Assembly (NCBI GenBank): GCA_003344405.1
Contig: NOWV01000315.1
Location: 1-50,234 of the forward strand
Reading direction: 5' to 3'
From: Trichoplax sp. H2
Lineage: Eukaryota
Length of the DNA stretch: 50,234 bases
In this document: positions 1-13,257 of the stretch, one piece after another
Layout of the letters: the number at the start of each line of letters is the position of its first letter
How positions within the stretch are numbered: position 1 is the stretch's first letter
Translations under genes and position numbers: made by a program
Notes under the pieces: model-generated
Seen by the model: only the letters and a program-made list of their open reading frames with translations
Told to the model about the DNA's origin: nothing
Database searches by the model: none

Positions 1-500
1 TTTATTGAATCTTATACAAAGATTAATTACACAGCTCTACTCTAGCCGAATACTACTTCTAAAGACTTCTACAACGAACTAACAGAATAATCTAAAGTTG
101 CATGCTTTTATACTTTTCGTAGCATTCGCAGCTACAATCCGCATGGCAACCTTTTAACTTATTTTACACATAGTTAAATTATTCTTAGTGACACTATTCT
201 ACTGCGGACCATCATTAATCCAATATGGATACGACTACAGTACTTACGTAGACATTATTCACACCAGCCAAAGTACAATGAATTAACCGTATCGTAATAT
301 ATGATTTACAGTTCTATTTTTACCTATAGCCGTATTAGTAACTCAACAGCTTACTGTATATAATCATCTGTACTCTAGCATAGAGTCTCTACCACTACAG
401 TCTATAGTTACAGCTACCAAATATATCTTAGGATAATATCTACCGTACATTATACTAAACATGGCTAGCAGCCTACAATCACAATACTAGTTACATGACA
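1..500 (-). mobile_element. Solo LTR-like element, family A (cut by the window start)
   Basis: Near-identical to 41990..42550 and to the reverse complement of 13258..13808. Ends ...ACTAGTTACATGACA at 500. Strand inferred from TATA/AATAAA orientation in other copies. Confidence 0.85.
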
Positions 501-542
501 ATCGTATATTGCGTTATCTTGCTGCAAAGCTGTTTTGGGACA
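501..542 (+). mobile_element. Terminal fragment of a family C LTR-like element
   Basis: ATCGTATATTGCGTTATCTTGCTGCAAAGCTGTTTTGGGACA matches the end of 42689..43317 (ATCGTATATTCCGTAATCTTGTTGCAAAGCTGTTTTGTGACA). Confidence 0.8.
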
Positions 543-573
543 CTATTTCTTCACGGTAGTTCATACCGTGACA
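543..573 (-). mobile_element. Terminal fragment of a family D LTR-like element
   Basis: CTATTTCTTCACGGTAGTTCATACCGTGACA matches 6240..6270 (CTATTTCTTCACGGTAGTTCGTACTGGGACA). Confidence 0.75.
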
Positions 574-1001
574 TGTAGATATCATTTTAATAGCTGAACT
601 TAAAGTTTAATCTATCATACCGCCATTTTTCTCAATTAATGGATTATTAATTATTCACATAAATTAGCAAAATGAGAAATTGCATAGACCTTACATTTAA
701 GTCGTAAAGTAACCTTTTAATTTACGAAGTATAATATGGCCTATAGATATAACTTAGAATGAGTATCTAAATCTCTTACGTTTTACCTATGCAATTTTGA
801 TGATACAATCAGATAGTCAGAGTTGTGTCTTTATTTAGGCGAATGCTTGAAATTTTTTTGATAACATAATTTTAAATTTTATGCAGATATTGATCGCTAA
901 GCTGATAAGGAGATAAGTTTTCCCTAGTATTCAAATTTGTTCTAAGAATTATCGGCACGCTGCTGAATCGATCTATGATAAATAAATAGAAAGGTTATTA
1001 A

Positions 1002-2081
1002 TTAAAAATAGGTAAGAGTGAAACAATAAGAAATAATAGTAAAGAGGCTATATATACGCACTAAAACTACTATTATTTCAACTGATACTTCTGTTACATT
1101 ATTAACTTGCAAATTCCGTACCAGGTACATTTTTAAAGCAAGACGAAAGCCCTTATTATAAGAAAAATAAATAATTGGATTCTGGACACCAGTCAAAGTA
1201 GCCAAAAACAATGATACTGCAATAGGCATGACGAAAGGCCGACCATAAGCTATAATTAATTCGGCTAGAGATTTTCTGGTGATAGCTACTGTTATCCATA
1301 TCAAAAACAGTAGCAGTGCGTTAATCATAAATAAACTAGTTGCCATTATCATCATTTTCGTGGCATTAATCTGATGGTGATAACGCCTATTACTAAAAAC
1401 TGCAGGATTACTTCCGTAGGATGACCTCATGCGGTAAATTATTTTCAAATACAGAATAACCACGATTAGAAGCGGAATCGGATAGGATACAACAGCAGCA
1501 ACGATATGATATACAGACATTGAATAATTATTTTGATCATCGACTGGCTTAATATCACACAGATAAGGAAATCTAGGATGAATGTCTACAGTCAAGTATA
1601 GTCTAAGAGATAAGATCAAAGCAATAGTCCATATAGAAGCAATAATGAGATATAATACTACTTTGCTCCTAAATGGAGAATAGTGATTAAAATAGTTATT
1701 ATTCATAATAATATACCGGTCTATACTAATTACAGCAAACGTTTGTGAAGATGTTAAATAAGATGAACCAATAATAAATGCATTTATTTGGCAAGCCAAT
1801 TTCATATTAATAGCTTCCATTTCAACTTCCATGGCAAGTAATGCATTTAAAGAAAGATAAATGATACTACATGCTAACAGCATAACGTCGGAGATAGCCA
1901 TATTGGCAGACAGGTAATAAGATGGCGTATGAAACTTTTTATGTTTGACAATGGTATTGACTAAAAGTAGATTACCAACTATACCAATCGATAAAATTGG
2001 GAGTAAAATTAGGCAAGCAGATAAATAGATTATTCGAAGCTGCTTTGTTGGTAAAAACACTATCAGTGAGGTATTATTCAT
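1002..2081 (-). CDS. Rhodopsin-family (class A) orphan GPCR, family 1
   Basis: 359-aa ORF with 7 hydrophobic segments: GN (TM1), NMAISD (TM2), C...SIDRY (TM3), YPIP (TM5), QNPIIY (TM7), FR helix 8. The hydrophobic C-terminal tail is atypical and could be intron read-through. Confidence 0.9.
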   Translation of the reverse strand: MNNTSLIVFLPTKQLRIIYLSACLILLPILSIGIVGNLLLVNTIVKHKKFHTPSYYLSANMAISDVMLLACSIIYLSLNALLAMEVEMEAINMKLACQINAFIIGSSYLTSSQTFAVISIDRYIIMNNNYFNHYSPFRSKVVLYLIIASIWTIALILSLRLYLTVDIHPRFPYLCDIKPVDDQNNYSMSVYHIVAAVVSYPIPLLIVVILYLKIIYRMRSSYGSNPAVFSNRRYHHQINATKMMIMATSLFMINALLLFLIWITVAITRKSLAELIIAYGRPFVMPIAVSLFLATLTGVQNPIIYFSYNKGFRLALKMYLVRNLQVNNVTEVSVEIIVVLVRIYSLFTIISYCFTLTYF

Positions 2082-2113
2082 TGCAGATTAAGGTTTTAAA
2101 GCTTCACCATCGC

Positions 2114-2215
2114 CTAGAAATGAAATAGTAGATAACACCATGTGTCAGTTGTATCACTAGTACTGGTAAAAATTTCAATTATGAACGATAATATATAAAT
2201 AAAGTTAGGTCTTAC
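2114..2215 (-). other. Putative 5'-UTR intron of the GPCR at 1002..2081
   Basis: On the minus strand: donor GTAAGA at 2215 and acceptor TTTCATTTCTAG ending at 2114, 102 nt, just upstream of the ATG. Confidence 0.45.
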
Positions 2216-5200
2216 TTGGCATTAATTACCTGTTCAAGTACGTCTCGATGAATCTAAATTATACAAATAAAGCTTTACGAATAATAACAGCAAATGTAAA
2301 TGTTAATCTGATTTACGGCAATACTTTTTTCTCTTTATTTTTTAATTTCATTTAATACTAGCAAAAAAACTTCTAATTTATGTTGAGTATTAGCTACTAA
2401 TCAAAATATACATAAACTTAACACTGTAATATTTGTTTCCTATAAAATTTTGTGACTCGCATATCATTAATAAAGAGAAAAATTTTATATTAAATATTTC
2501 TCGATGAAAGTATTATTATCATTAAACTGAACAAAAAGTATAATAATTTTATTAGTTAATTATGAATTACGTCGGAAGCACATCAAGAAGAAAAATTTTA
2601 GTTCCGACATTTTTCCGATAAATAATAAAGCTGCCGTTTACTTTTTTCGTATAGCTTATGTTAAAATCTTCTCATCTGAATGATTGATTTTAAGTTGATA
2701 ATTATTATGCTACATAAACGCTTATGTTAAGGCAGTCTAATACGTTTACTTGATAGTGTTTTTTATATTACAATATTAAAAACAAAAGAATTGATTTTGT
2801 GTACCAAATTCTTACTAAATATTAAAAACAAAAGGATCTGGGAAAAAATTGAATTATTGTTTTGTTAGGAAAATATGTTACAGAAAAATTACGTTCTGTT
2901 TCCAAATAGTAAATAGAGAATAATTATTAATAGATTATCTGATACATTAGCATATTGAAATCGTGCAAATAGAGAATAATTGAGTAGAGTAATTATTTGT
3001 TTATTTTGTAGTACTTTAATTGATTAACAGAAATAGGCATAATATTATCAAAATTGCGCACACAATAACGTTATCCTATTATCACATGTTATTATTTGAA
3101 GAATTTATATCGTGCTGGATGTAAACATGCAGTTAAATTTAGATCAGCATCGTAGCATATTAATCTTCAAATTTGTTAAACTGTACTCAGCAACTGTGGT
3201 TATTAAAGTGGACAAAATATAAATAAGCTAATAATTCTCTAAGACATTTATTAACTATAATTCGCTAATAATTTTGAGCGTAACTCCCAATCTGGATATT
3301 ACTGTTATGTATTTCGAAATTGAAGACTCATTACATTATATACTACAAATTATGCCTTTTGCATATATGAATCAATAAATACTCAGAACTACTACTATAT
3401 TTGTGCTTTTTGCTGTTTGAGCTACTACAAATAAAATTCTAAATGACTATTTATAAACTAGAATTTATTAATTTTATTAATTAGGCAATATAGTATGATA
3501 TTTTACCTGCAATTATGCAATAAAACTAAATGGTTGTCAGTCGTCGTTTCATGAAGTGAATATTGATAACTAATAATTTTTTTTACGTCAGATAGCATAC
3601 TTTGGTATTTGATGAGATTATCATGATTTCTGGCGCTAAATATTCTTTCGTAGATATATGCTGTAATGGCCGAGTAATATTTTCCTACTGTTTTTGTAGG
3701 CTCACTTACTTAACCCTAAATTTGAGTAATTCCCTAATGTGATACTTGAAGATAAACAACCAAAAATAATACTGACTAACAGCGTTTACTGTTCAAGCCT
3801 TTTGTAAAAGAACGATAGCTGACCGTTCGTGTACAGTTCATTTCATATTGAAATAAGGTTTATCTTGAAATTGTGTCAACGCAACAGCTTCAGCATAGAA
3901 TTAATTCTTAAATAGATACAATGCCTACTGTAAACATTGATAGTATGATATAATTAACTTGCCATTTAGCTTTCATCAAAGACAGCTTATATATATAACT
4001 ATTTACTTTAGTTTACAAATTGAATTCTATCTGGAAGTATTGAATTAAAGAACTCAATGAAAAGTTAAGAAAATTGCTAAATTTATTACAAGAGGAGATA
4101 AGGAAATCGGGCCAACCTACGTTCAGCTAACATCGAGAAGTACCACTAGAAAGCGATTACACTTCTTTATCTCTTTGAAAATTTCTTAATTTTACAATAA
4201 GATAGCCCAGAACAGCGTAAGTTCATGTATGATCCTAGACACTAAGGATGAGTTAAGATCTTTAGACCTACTGCTACAAAAAGCAAGGAATTCTAAGATT
4301 GCAACTATTAGGAGAAACAAAATATTCCAATAAAGATTAATCATAATCACAATTTCCGTAATTTTAACGTCTTAGTTTGATTTATACGATGGCTCATTCT
4401 AGTAATTTACTTTCAAGTGGAATTTTAGCTTCTGCGAGACTATTTGTGATGATAATAAACTATTTTAGGATTATTATTTCTAGAAAGTCATGGCTTAAGA
4501 TAACAGATTTAGTTCTAGTACCCCGAAGTATAAGCATTACCGTAATGCGTGTCACGATAATTATACTGCGATATTAAAATAAGACAAAGTTGCTTTATGG
4601 TATTAAAGGGAAGGAATGAAATAGCAGAATCTTTGCTGGAGCTCAGTGTTTTCTCTATAATCAAACACTCGGAAAGTACAATTAAGGCAGTATTAACTTC
4701 ACATAGAAGGATATAACAAAGATAAAATCATTCTTTATGGATTAGGAATAGAATTCCTGCATGCTTCTGCTAAAATACATTTCGACATACGACACAACAT
4801 GTATAACTTCATGGATGATAGTATCCTCAACAAATACCAAAGTATGTTATCTAACGAAAAGGAGATCAGAAATGGTAAGCAAAAGTAACACCATAGCAGT
4901 TAGTAAAGTAATAATATTTGCTAAATAATATCTGTATGTAATCATATTATTAAAAGTAAATCAGTGTCAATACAGCTGCGATTATGTAAAATATTGTAGA
5001 ATGTGTTCAAAGGAATAATGATCTGACATAATCCATTATGTTGCTTCTCGCTGTATAAATTCTTAGTCTAGCGCTCGGTTGCATGCATGGAGCGCATATT
5101 TAAAGATTAGATTAAACTTTCTATCCATTCAATCTTAGGATGATGCTAAGTTACGCTAAAAATACAGTAATATACTACTATGTTTCCTGTACAATATTGG

Positions 5201-5829
5201 ATGCATAATACATAGATTGTATAGACTAAGCAACGTCAGCTCAGTAACTAGAGCTGATTAATTTCGACTATAATTTTGCTGTCTCAGAAAAAAGAGAAAG
5301 GTTAAGCTTTCTAGGATGATGAAACACGCGTTATGAAATTCGTTTCTGCTTATGATTTAGCATAATCTATTTTTCCGTATTGAGAAACCGTTACATCTAT
5401 ACTGAATCATATTTTTGGCTTAAATGACTGTGAATCCACCGTACTAGAAAAAGACTATTCTTCATCTTTACGCATACATAGTATTCGTTTATAGATAGTT
5501 AATTTGGTACTATTTGCTATTTCTTTCAACTTAACTACACAATTTTACTAAAATCGTTAAAGATATTAGGCAGTTTATATTAAATTAATATTAACTATAG
5601 CTAGTTTTAGTGACAAATATAAATACGAACTATTTTTAAATTAAAGAATTTTTCTTTAAGAGATATTCTGAACATTATAACTATTATTTCCTAATTTTGT
5701 TAGGTCGTATAATAATCATGTATGATAATAATGAAATGCTTCGTAATTCCTTTATAGTATTCCTTATAGTAATGGATAACCTGTACCTATAGAAAGGAAA
5801 TGAAAATCTTTGTTATTTTTATAACATTT

Positions 5830-6270
5830 TGTCACAAACCAGCTTCGTGACAAGGATAAGGTAAAATAAATCTCTAAATTACTATAGTCTCCGGGATTCA
5901 GTATCCCTTAACTACCTCGCAGGAATTAAGACACCTTTGATTCTACGTTAAAACAACTCTACAATCGAGAACTGCTTTATTCAGCTATCTGACGGGCTTA
6001 TATATCCTTCTACAGCAGCTAACATTCACGAGTTATCTTATAAAAATACTTAGGTGAGAACATCTACTAACTAATTTTTCACAGTCGGACTACAATATGT
6101 CCATTCACAGAATCATTTCAGTACACATCACAGCACAGTATTAAATTTACTGTAACATATTTATAATTGGAATAATTCCTACTGTAAGTAACTAGTTGTA
6201 ATATATTATGACTATATTATATTAACCAAATTTAGACGGCTATTTCTTCACGGTAGTTCGTACTGGGACA
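5830..6270 (-). mobile_element. Solo LTR-like element, family D
   Basis: TGTCAC...GGGACA, 441 bp, with perfect 5-bp TSD CATTT (5825-5829 and 6271-6275). AATAAA on the minus strand near 5975. Confidence 0.8.
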
Positions 6271-6434
6271 CATTTATAGCAGTTAAAGGTATTTCAAGAT
6301 TTAAAACAAATTTAATTGACAAAAGTTTTAGAATATGTTTATTAATCAGTTTCTTCAACATTTGAGTAGTTTTCGACTTATATTCGAATTTAAGAAGTAC
6401 GGTAAATAGTAATAATACCTAAGTAGACATCGAC

Positions 6435-6913
6435 TGTTACTTAACTAAACTTGCCTAATCTGAACTGATTTAGATTACCCTAGATAAGTAACAATCACTG
6501 CGAAATGCACTTTCAGAATCTTCTAACTATATCTTTATTCTCGAAAATGCAAGTCTAATTTAATATTCAAAATCAATCATTTAAATAGCTATTCTAGCCA
6601 TAAAACCAGTTTACGATGTGTGATATATTTCGACCAATAAGACATCGAGAATACATTAAATTATTCCTAGGCTAATCTAGTGAATTTGTAATATTTCTGT
6701 AGATTAACTTTATGTTTGCCCTAGCTTATAATTAACAGGATTTATATCCATTGGCAATCCATATACCCTATTAGAACCTGATTTGTATCGGCTATATTAA
6801 GACATCAAATAATTTATGCACATATCCAAATTAATAACTATCTTAACGTGACACATATACATGTCTAAATTAAGTAAATTATCATTCATCACGGTAGATT
6901 CACTACCGTGACA
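6435..6913 (-). mobile_element. Solo LTR-like element, family B
   Basis: TGTTAC...GTGACA, 479 bp, with perfect TSD TCGAC (6430-6434 and 6914-6918). Second copy at 26048..26555. Confidence 0.88.
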
Positions 6914-7896
6914 TCGACTTAGGCAGTTCCTATAGATTTTCTCACTTGCAAGACTGTAAAACATTTATAGAAGTTTAGAAAATGTATCGTAGAGTCTCCT
7001 TTTGTGAATAGAAGTAAGTCTTTCTTCATCCGCGCTGATTCCCAAGAGCTAATTGAAGATTTATCGAACCTGATGATTGAGTCTAGTGTTTTGATGTCGT
7101 TTATAAAACTAATTTGTAACAAACGGTATGCAAGTTTTTATTTCCGCTTATTCGTTCATGATCTGATGTGGCTTTGAAGTTATAATTGTTGTAAGAATGC
7201 CATGATTTTTTACAAGTAACCAAAGTTTACTTAGCAGGTTAGCTATTTGATATTAATCTATTACTTTTGTAAGCTAACTAAAGCACATTATAAATGTTAA
7301 GAATAATTAATAGTGTATTTACATAATTACATATTTCAAAACTTGATCCTGGTAAGGATATTGGTTCTCTTGTATTAACAAAGCCATAGTTTGATTACCT
7401 TATAAAAATGCTAATGATTGAGAGCCTAATCTGTGATATATGAAATTGACTAACTACTGTATTAATATCTTAAAAGAGAACTTTACTGCTAATATTAACG
7501 AATTATTTGCTTCAAATAGCTTCAAAAAATTAAATCCTACTGTTCTATAATATTATAACTAATAACATCATATCAAGATGTTTAGAACAGCACAACTATC
7601 TATTCGTTAGAAGAATTAATCAATAGCTAATATGTTGTAGTTTTTGAAATAGTAGTGTATGATCACCGTAAAATTTCTAATGCTTCGTTCAAATTAGTGA
7701 CACACAAGGCTTTCCTCGTTACTACAAGATAAAATAAATTATTAAAAATGCAGTTTAAATTCGAAAATTTAGGCATAGTAGATATGGATCTTGGTTATAG
7801 ATCATTGAGCACAAAGTGGTTAGGCTGTTATGTTATAGTAATATGTATGTCTCAATGTCTTGACTTCAACATAAAGGTCTCTTACATGGCTTCAGA

Positions 7897-8973
7897 CTAC
7901 AATAACAAATTTTTTGATCTAATACTAGCAACGGTAGTAGTTTTAGACGTTTGACATTCCCTCTGAAAGCTAGACATGACAGCTTTTCTAAATCTTTTGT
8001 TATAAAGAAAAAATATTAATGGATTTTGAATCGAAGTGAGACTTGCCATTAAAAAAGCACTTGAAACTAGGATAAACACAAATTGTCCGTAATTTAAAAC
8101 TAATTCTACGTAAGATTTTTTCGTGAATACAGCTACCGTCCAAGCTATAATGATCGGCATTGAGTTTATCATAAATAAAATAGTAGCAATAATCATCATT
8201 TTAGTAGCATGAATTTGACGTTGACATCGATAATAATTATTTCTAATGTTCGTAAATGATAAAACGGATTGTAATAGATGGCAAATAACTTTATAATAAA
8301 AATATGACACGACAATTAATGGTATTGGATATGCTATTAAAATAGCTATCAAACGATATACAGTCAAGGAATAATTACGATATGAGCCATGAGGAACTAA
8401 ATCACACATATGAGGAAATTTAGGATTGATACTAGCAAGCGTGATCATTGGCCCAGCCAGTATTAGTCCAATGGTCCATATGATTAGAATAGAAGCTAGA
8501 AGGATTTTATTATTTTGAAAGGGCGATTTTCTAGCTCTACGTATTATGGTAAGGTATCGATCGACACTGATGGCCATAAACGATTGCGATGACGTTATAT
8601 ATGATAACGCTATGGTAAAATAATTTAGCCTGCAAATCGTCATGTAATTGGAATAATTTAAATTAGACTGTTTAGACAATACGACATTACTTGTTAAAAA
8701 AATAGATCCAAAGGCTAACACAATTATATCTGATATTGCCATATTAGCGGATAAGATGTAAGTCGGTGTTTGAAACTGTTTTTTTTTCTTAATAGTTACA
8801 ATTAATAAAATATTTGCAACGATTCCTAAAATAAATAGTGGCGTCATAGCCATATAAACGGCAATGTAGGATTTACGAAAATCGGCAACGCTACCAGTTC
8901 GATTAAATATTGAATCATTGCAAGTTGTTAAGTTGACGGAATTCTTGTCAAGCATAATATTTCTTAAATTCAT
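7897..8973 (-). CDS. Rhodopsin-family orphan GPCR, family 1
   Basis: 7TM ORF with NMAISD, SVDRY, PHMCDL, YPIP, FMINSMP and QNPLIF. The ATG at 8973 is preferred over the TTG at 8985, and an acceptor-like TTGCCAG lies just upstream. Confidence 0.92.
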   Translation of the reverse strand: MNLRNIMLDKNSVNLTTCNDSIFNRTGSVADFRKSYIAVYMAMTPLFILGIVANILLIVTIKKKKQFQTPTYILSANMAISDIIVLAFGSIFLTSNVVLSKQSNLNYSNYMTICRLNYFTIALSYITSSQSFMAISVDRYLTIIRRARKSPFQNNKILLASILIIWTIGLILAGPMITLASINPKFPHMCDLVPHGSYRNYSLTVYRLIAILIAYPIPLIVVSYFYYKVICHLLQSVLSFTNIRNNYYRCQRQIHATKMMIIATILFMINSMPIIIAWTVAVFTKKSYVELVLNYGQFVFILVSSAFLMASLTSIQNPLIFFLYNKRFRKAVMSSFQRECQTSKTTTVASIRSKNLLL

Positions 8974-10189
8974 AATAACTGGCAAGTATGATAAATATCA
9001 ATAAAAGAGATGTGATGTCGGTTTTCTGACACTGCAATCTGTAATTACTCTAACGATCGGTATCTTTACTGTAATGAAGTTTTATTTCTGGTAGGGCCAG
9101 CAAAGTCAGGATCGATTTATCTAAAATTGACATCAATTCGCAGAATGCAATAATTTTATAGTTGCATTAGGCCTAGCAATACAATGTTTTTCACACAGAT
9201 TACCATTAATATTCATTAATAGCAGTAGTATAATACTCTCATTAAGAATAGGTTACTTGGATACGGTCAATAACTACAGAATATTTACGCGAATTCGAAT
9301 TGAAGGTTGATATCAGTAAAGAATTATTTTAGCAGAATATTCTGATATTAATTAAGATCTGGATAATAATAAGGTACAACATAATGACAAATTCAAAATT
9401 GAAGGACTTAGTTCGTATAATAATAAAACCTGTTTAATCTACCAATCAACTAGCGTATCGCTTATGCTTAATTGCAGCTTTGCCTCGTTAATAAATAAGT
9501 AATATGGAAATGTAAGTATAAAATCTTCCTATAACTTACTACAAAAGACGATGGTTTTAATTATTATAAAACTTATTCTTAATTATCTTTCCTTTAAATT
9601 TCAATGAAAAGATTCAAAATTTTTTAATATATTTCCAGAGAAAATTAGATTTTAAGTAATACTTAAAAATTTTCAATAATTATTTATAAATTGCCATTAA
9701 TTTATTAGATGTAGCCACTGTATAATTTTATTAATAAATAATAAGATAAACTCATTATAGCTCTATATCGCGGCGCTTTCCGGGACCAACATTAAGTAAA
9801 GTAATAAAGTCTAGACCATGTAAGGAAAATCACAGACGTATTATCTGAATATAAATTAAATAAAATATTTTCACCTTTAATTGTCATTTAATTATACTTT
9901 TACAAAAAAATTTGCAATTATACTCACTTTTGTTTAATACATAAAGAAGTAGAGCGTCTGATGTTCAAGAACATTAGGTAGTATCTAAATGTAGTTGCTA
10001 AAATTATTCGTATTAAAATGAAATTGAAGGAGACCAACAGCTTAGGTTTTTAAACTTTTACAGTAAAATTTCAATACTGAACGGTTTATTGCAGTCTCAT
10101 AACTAACGTAATAGTGACATAAAGTAAGCTATTTCTATTTAATCTCTCTACATTATAAAGATGCTCTATATTTCTGAGGAGTCTAGTTC

Positions 10190-10640
10190 TATGGTACTTA
10201 TGAAATAAAATTCTTATCATATATTATACTATAATAATTCAGACTAGGCATGTGTCCATCGTAAATCGCTTTTGTCTGCTGTTTTAATTATAGCCTACTC
10301 TAATTGAGCTAAAATAGCTAATATTCTCGTCAAATAGATTTTGCACGATTAAAAACTTGTCCATTTGATGATTGGTAGGCATGTAAGTGTTATATCAGTA
10401 CAGAAACAATTATTTGAAATAGTATTTCTACTTGATATCAAGTTACTAAATTAATTTGTTGAATAAAAATAGGATAAAAATAGCTACTATAACGTTCATT
10501 CGGGTCGTAGCTTTGTTCGTAGTAAGTGTATTCGAAGTTCTGACCACATCAAGCGTTTTTGAAATTAACCTCAAATAAGATTTAGTGGTGTATTTGATTG
10601 TTATGATGCGTTCGAGCTATAAATTTTGAAATTATATGAA
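10190..10640 (+). pseudogene. Possible highly decayed GPCR fossil
   Basis: Manual translation gives YGTYE (ECL2-like), LLSAVLIIAYSN (TM5-like), IKIATITFIRVVALFVVS (TM6-like, near 10478) and AINFEII (TM7-like), in the expected order. Boundaries approximate. Confidence 0.3.
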
Positions 10641-11936
10641 AATTAACTCATGCGGACATTTCCGCTGATTTATTGTTTCTCCGATATTAATAATAAAGAA
10701 AGTTAAAATAAAATTTTAAAGGAATACTTACAAAAGTAAATTATGTGCGCATGCGGCCTAATTCATCGCAATTGGCAATTAATAGCTCATAAAAGTCAGC
10801 TATTTGTAAGTTATTATCAATATTTTAATTAAATATTATTTTCAATTGCGACGGACAGGCAATCTTATATGACACAATCAACTGTGCTTATTCGATCCGA
10901 TAATGTAATAATATTTACTATAGCTAGCTAATATTTGATTTTATTCATTTTGCGTAATTAGGATTTTAGAATGATAAGGTGTAATAATTAGCTGATTGCT
11001 TAAATCTAAAATTTTTTATAAATACTAAGTATTCTCTTTATCGTCGCACGGATCCTTAATGATGTTAGGAATAATTCAAGATCTGGTCTCTTTTCTTTTA
11101 GAAACTGATGTAAGTAACTAAACTATAGAAGTTTATACATCACCATTATTAGCTAATTAGCAACTAGAGGCTCAGCACCACTATATCAGTTAACAACATT
11201 AATTAATAGTAACTCTTACTGGTGCTAATAATTAATCCAGATTTTCAATTAATTCTTGAAGTCATAAACAATTTTAGAGACTAACAAACTAATTTACAAA
11301 ATACGATGGCTAGTATTGTAGCAATAGTAGGATAAAACCTGACAAGATAAAACCATTGCGCGATTTAATATCAATTTAAAGTATCTATTTCGGTAATAGC
11401 ATCATATCGTTATCATCAAAATAACTTAGCTATGGATGTGTAACTGATGATAACATTTTATTTTAAATTTTTAAAAAGTATGAAGTACTACTTTAGGAAT
11501 CGTTATTGTAAGTAATAACCTAAGTTATTATGATATTATGATGATACAGTAACATATTACAAGTAAGCATAGAGAACATAGGAACTTAACAGAGCTTGCA
11601 GTCGAAATAGATTTACTTTTGAAATTGTTTATTACCTCGAACTTCCGTATTTGATAAATTAATCGTGATAACATGTATTTTATTGAAATATGTTATAGTA
11701 TCATAACTATGCTTATAACTGCTGAAAGGATATATAAGAAGGACTGTGATTAATAAAAAGTGATTCAGGTAAAGGCTAAGTTGTGTGATAGTTTTATACT
11801 ATATATCGTTTTGAGCGAGTTAGACCTTCGCAAGGATTCCAGTTACTTTCCGTAGGCTTGGAAAGTAGTTCTGCGGATCAAAGTAAAGTTTATTATAATT
11901 GCTGCGTTATTTTTTTGTGTCGTAAGGGTTATTAAG

Positions 11937-12994
11937 CTACATCAGTAAACCATTTTTAATGCTGTAAAGTCTCTTCAGGTTTAAATGAAGCTTTAAGGTA
12001 ATCAAAGTCCCTGTATGGTATTCAACATAGATTTTTCGAAATGATTTGTTGTATAAGAAAAAAATTATTGGATTTTGTATAGAATTTAAAGTCAATGTCA
12101 GAAAAACTGCCGAAAACAAATAGAATATTAAGCGGTCATGTTTAAAGACTAATTCTGCGTAAGATTTCTTTATAAAACTTATACTAATCATCATAATTGT
12201 AGCAGGTAAAGCATTGAACATAAAGAATCCTGTTCCTATCATCATCATCTTTGTAGCTTTAATTTGACGACTACAATTTCGCTCATTAGGCCAAGTTAAA
12301 TTTATAACCAAATTTATTTACTTGATGACCTTACGGTACAGAAAAGTTACTATCAGTAACGGAATAGCGTAGGCGACATGGCTAGAAATCATCATATAAA
12401 ACGCCATAAAATAGTCGCTGTTGTCATCGTATGGACGTAAATCACTCATATTTGGAAATTTTGGATTAATTCCGGTCATTAATGCTAGAGGTACAAATAC
12501 AGATATACTATTCATCCATATTTTAACGATCGTTATTATTAGTTGCTTTTTTCGTCAAATCGTGATATTTGGATACTTCCTTTCACTATGATGAAGTAGC
12601 GATCGATGCTGATTGCCATAAGCGATTGTGAGGATGTAAAACAGGAGAAACCATTTATAAAATAATTGATTTTACAAACTTTTCCTAAGCTGTAAGGACT
12701 GGTTTATTCTGCATTTGTAAGTGCTAGATTAACGATAAGAAAAATCGCTGCTTAGAATAACATTTTAATATCTGAGACGGCTATGCTAACTGAAAACATG
12801 CAGAAGGAGTGTGAATTCTCTTATTTTTAATTTATTTTGTTACTAATACGATATTGCAGAAGATGCCAAATAAATAAATAAATAGGTATTAAAATCATAA
12901 AGGGTGATATCATGGAATGTCGGAAAGCTATGACATCGAACGTGAAATTTTGCTGCGTAAAGTTTAATGGGCTTTGATCTTTACTAAAGACCAT
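11937..12994 (-). pseudogene. Family 1 GPCR pseudogene
   Basis: Starts MVFSKDQSPLNFT...AFRHS at 12994. Fragments HTPS, AVSD, TSSQSLMAISIDRY, NPKFPNMSDL, RQIKATKMM and QNPIIFFLYNKSFRK are separated by several frameshifts and in-frame stops. The ECL2 Cys is mutated to Ser. Confidence 0.9.
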
Positions 12995-13257
12995 ATTTGA
13001 CGATTTCTCTTTAACTCATGCTAATAACTTATTTAATGCACAGTTTATACTCTCCAGGTGTTCGATTCTATATCAAGTAGAAAACTAAGGATCTTTCGCT
13101 TGTGATGGTTACTGGCTACGAGTCACGCAGTTTACAATTATTTCAAAATAGCTTAGGCAATTCTTTTTAACAGTCAGAGTATTAAATAAAACCTTTAATT
13201 GTACTTTCCTGTAATAGATCTGTTCGATAATATCATAAGTTAAATATGAAATAAGTG

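Noticed and set aside
3560..4950. Possible further GPCR fossil (FCRL, LYGLGI, EKEIR motifs)
   Set aside because: Matches are too short and scattered to call by eye.
6880..6913. Terminal hairpin considered as a Helitron 3' end or a terminator
   Set aside because: The elements end in CA with 5-bp TSDs. Helitrons end in CTRR and make no TSD. No U-tract follows.
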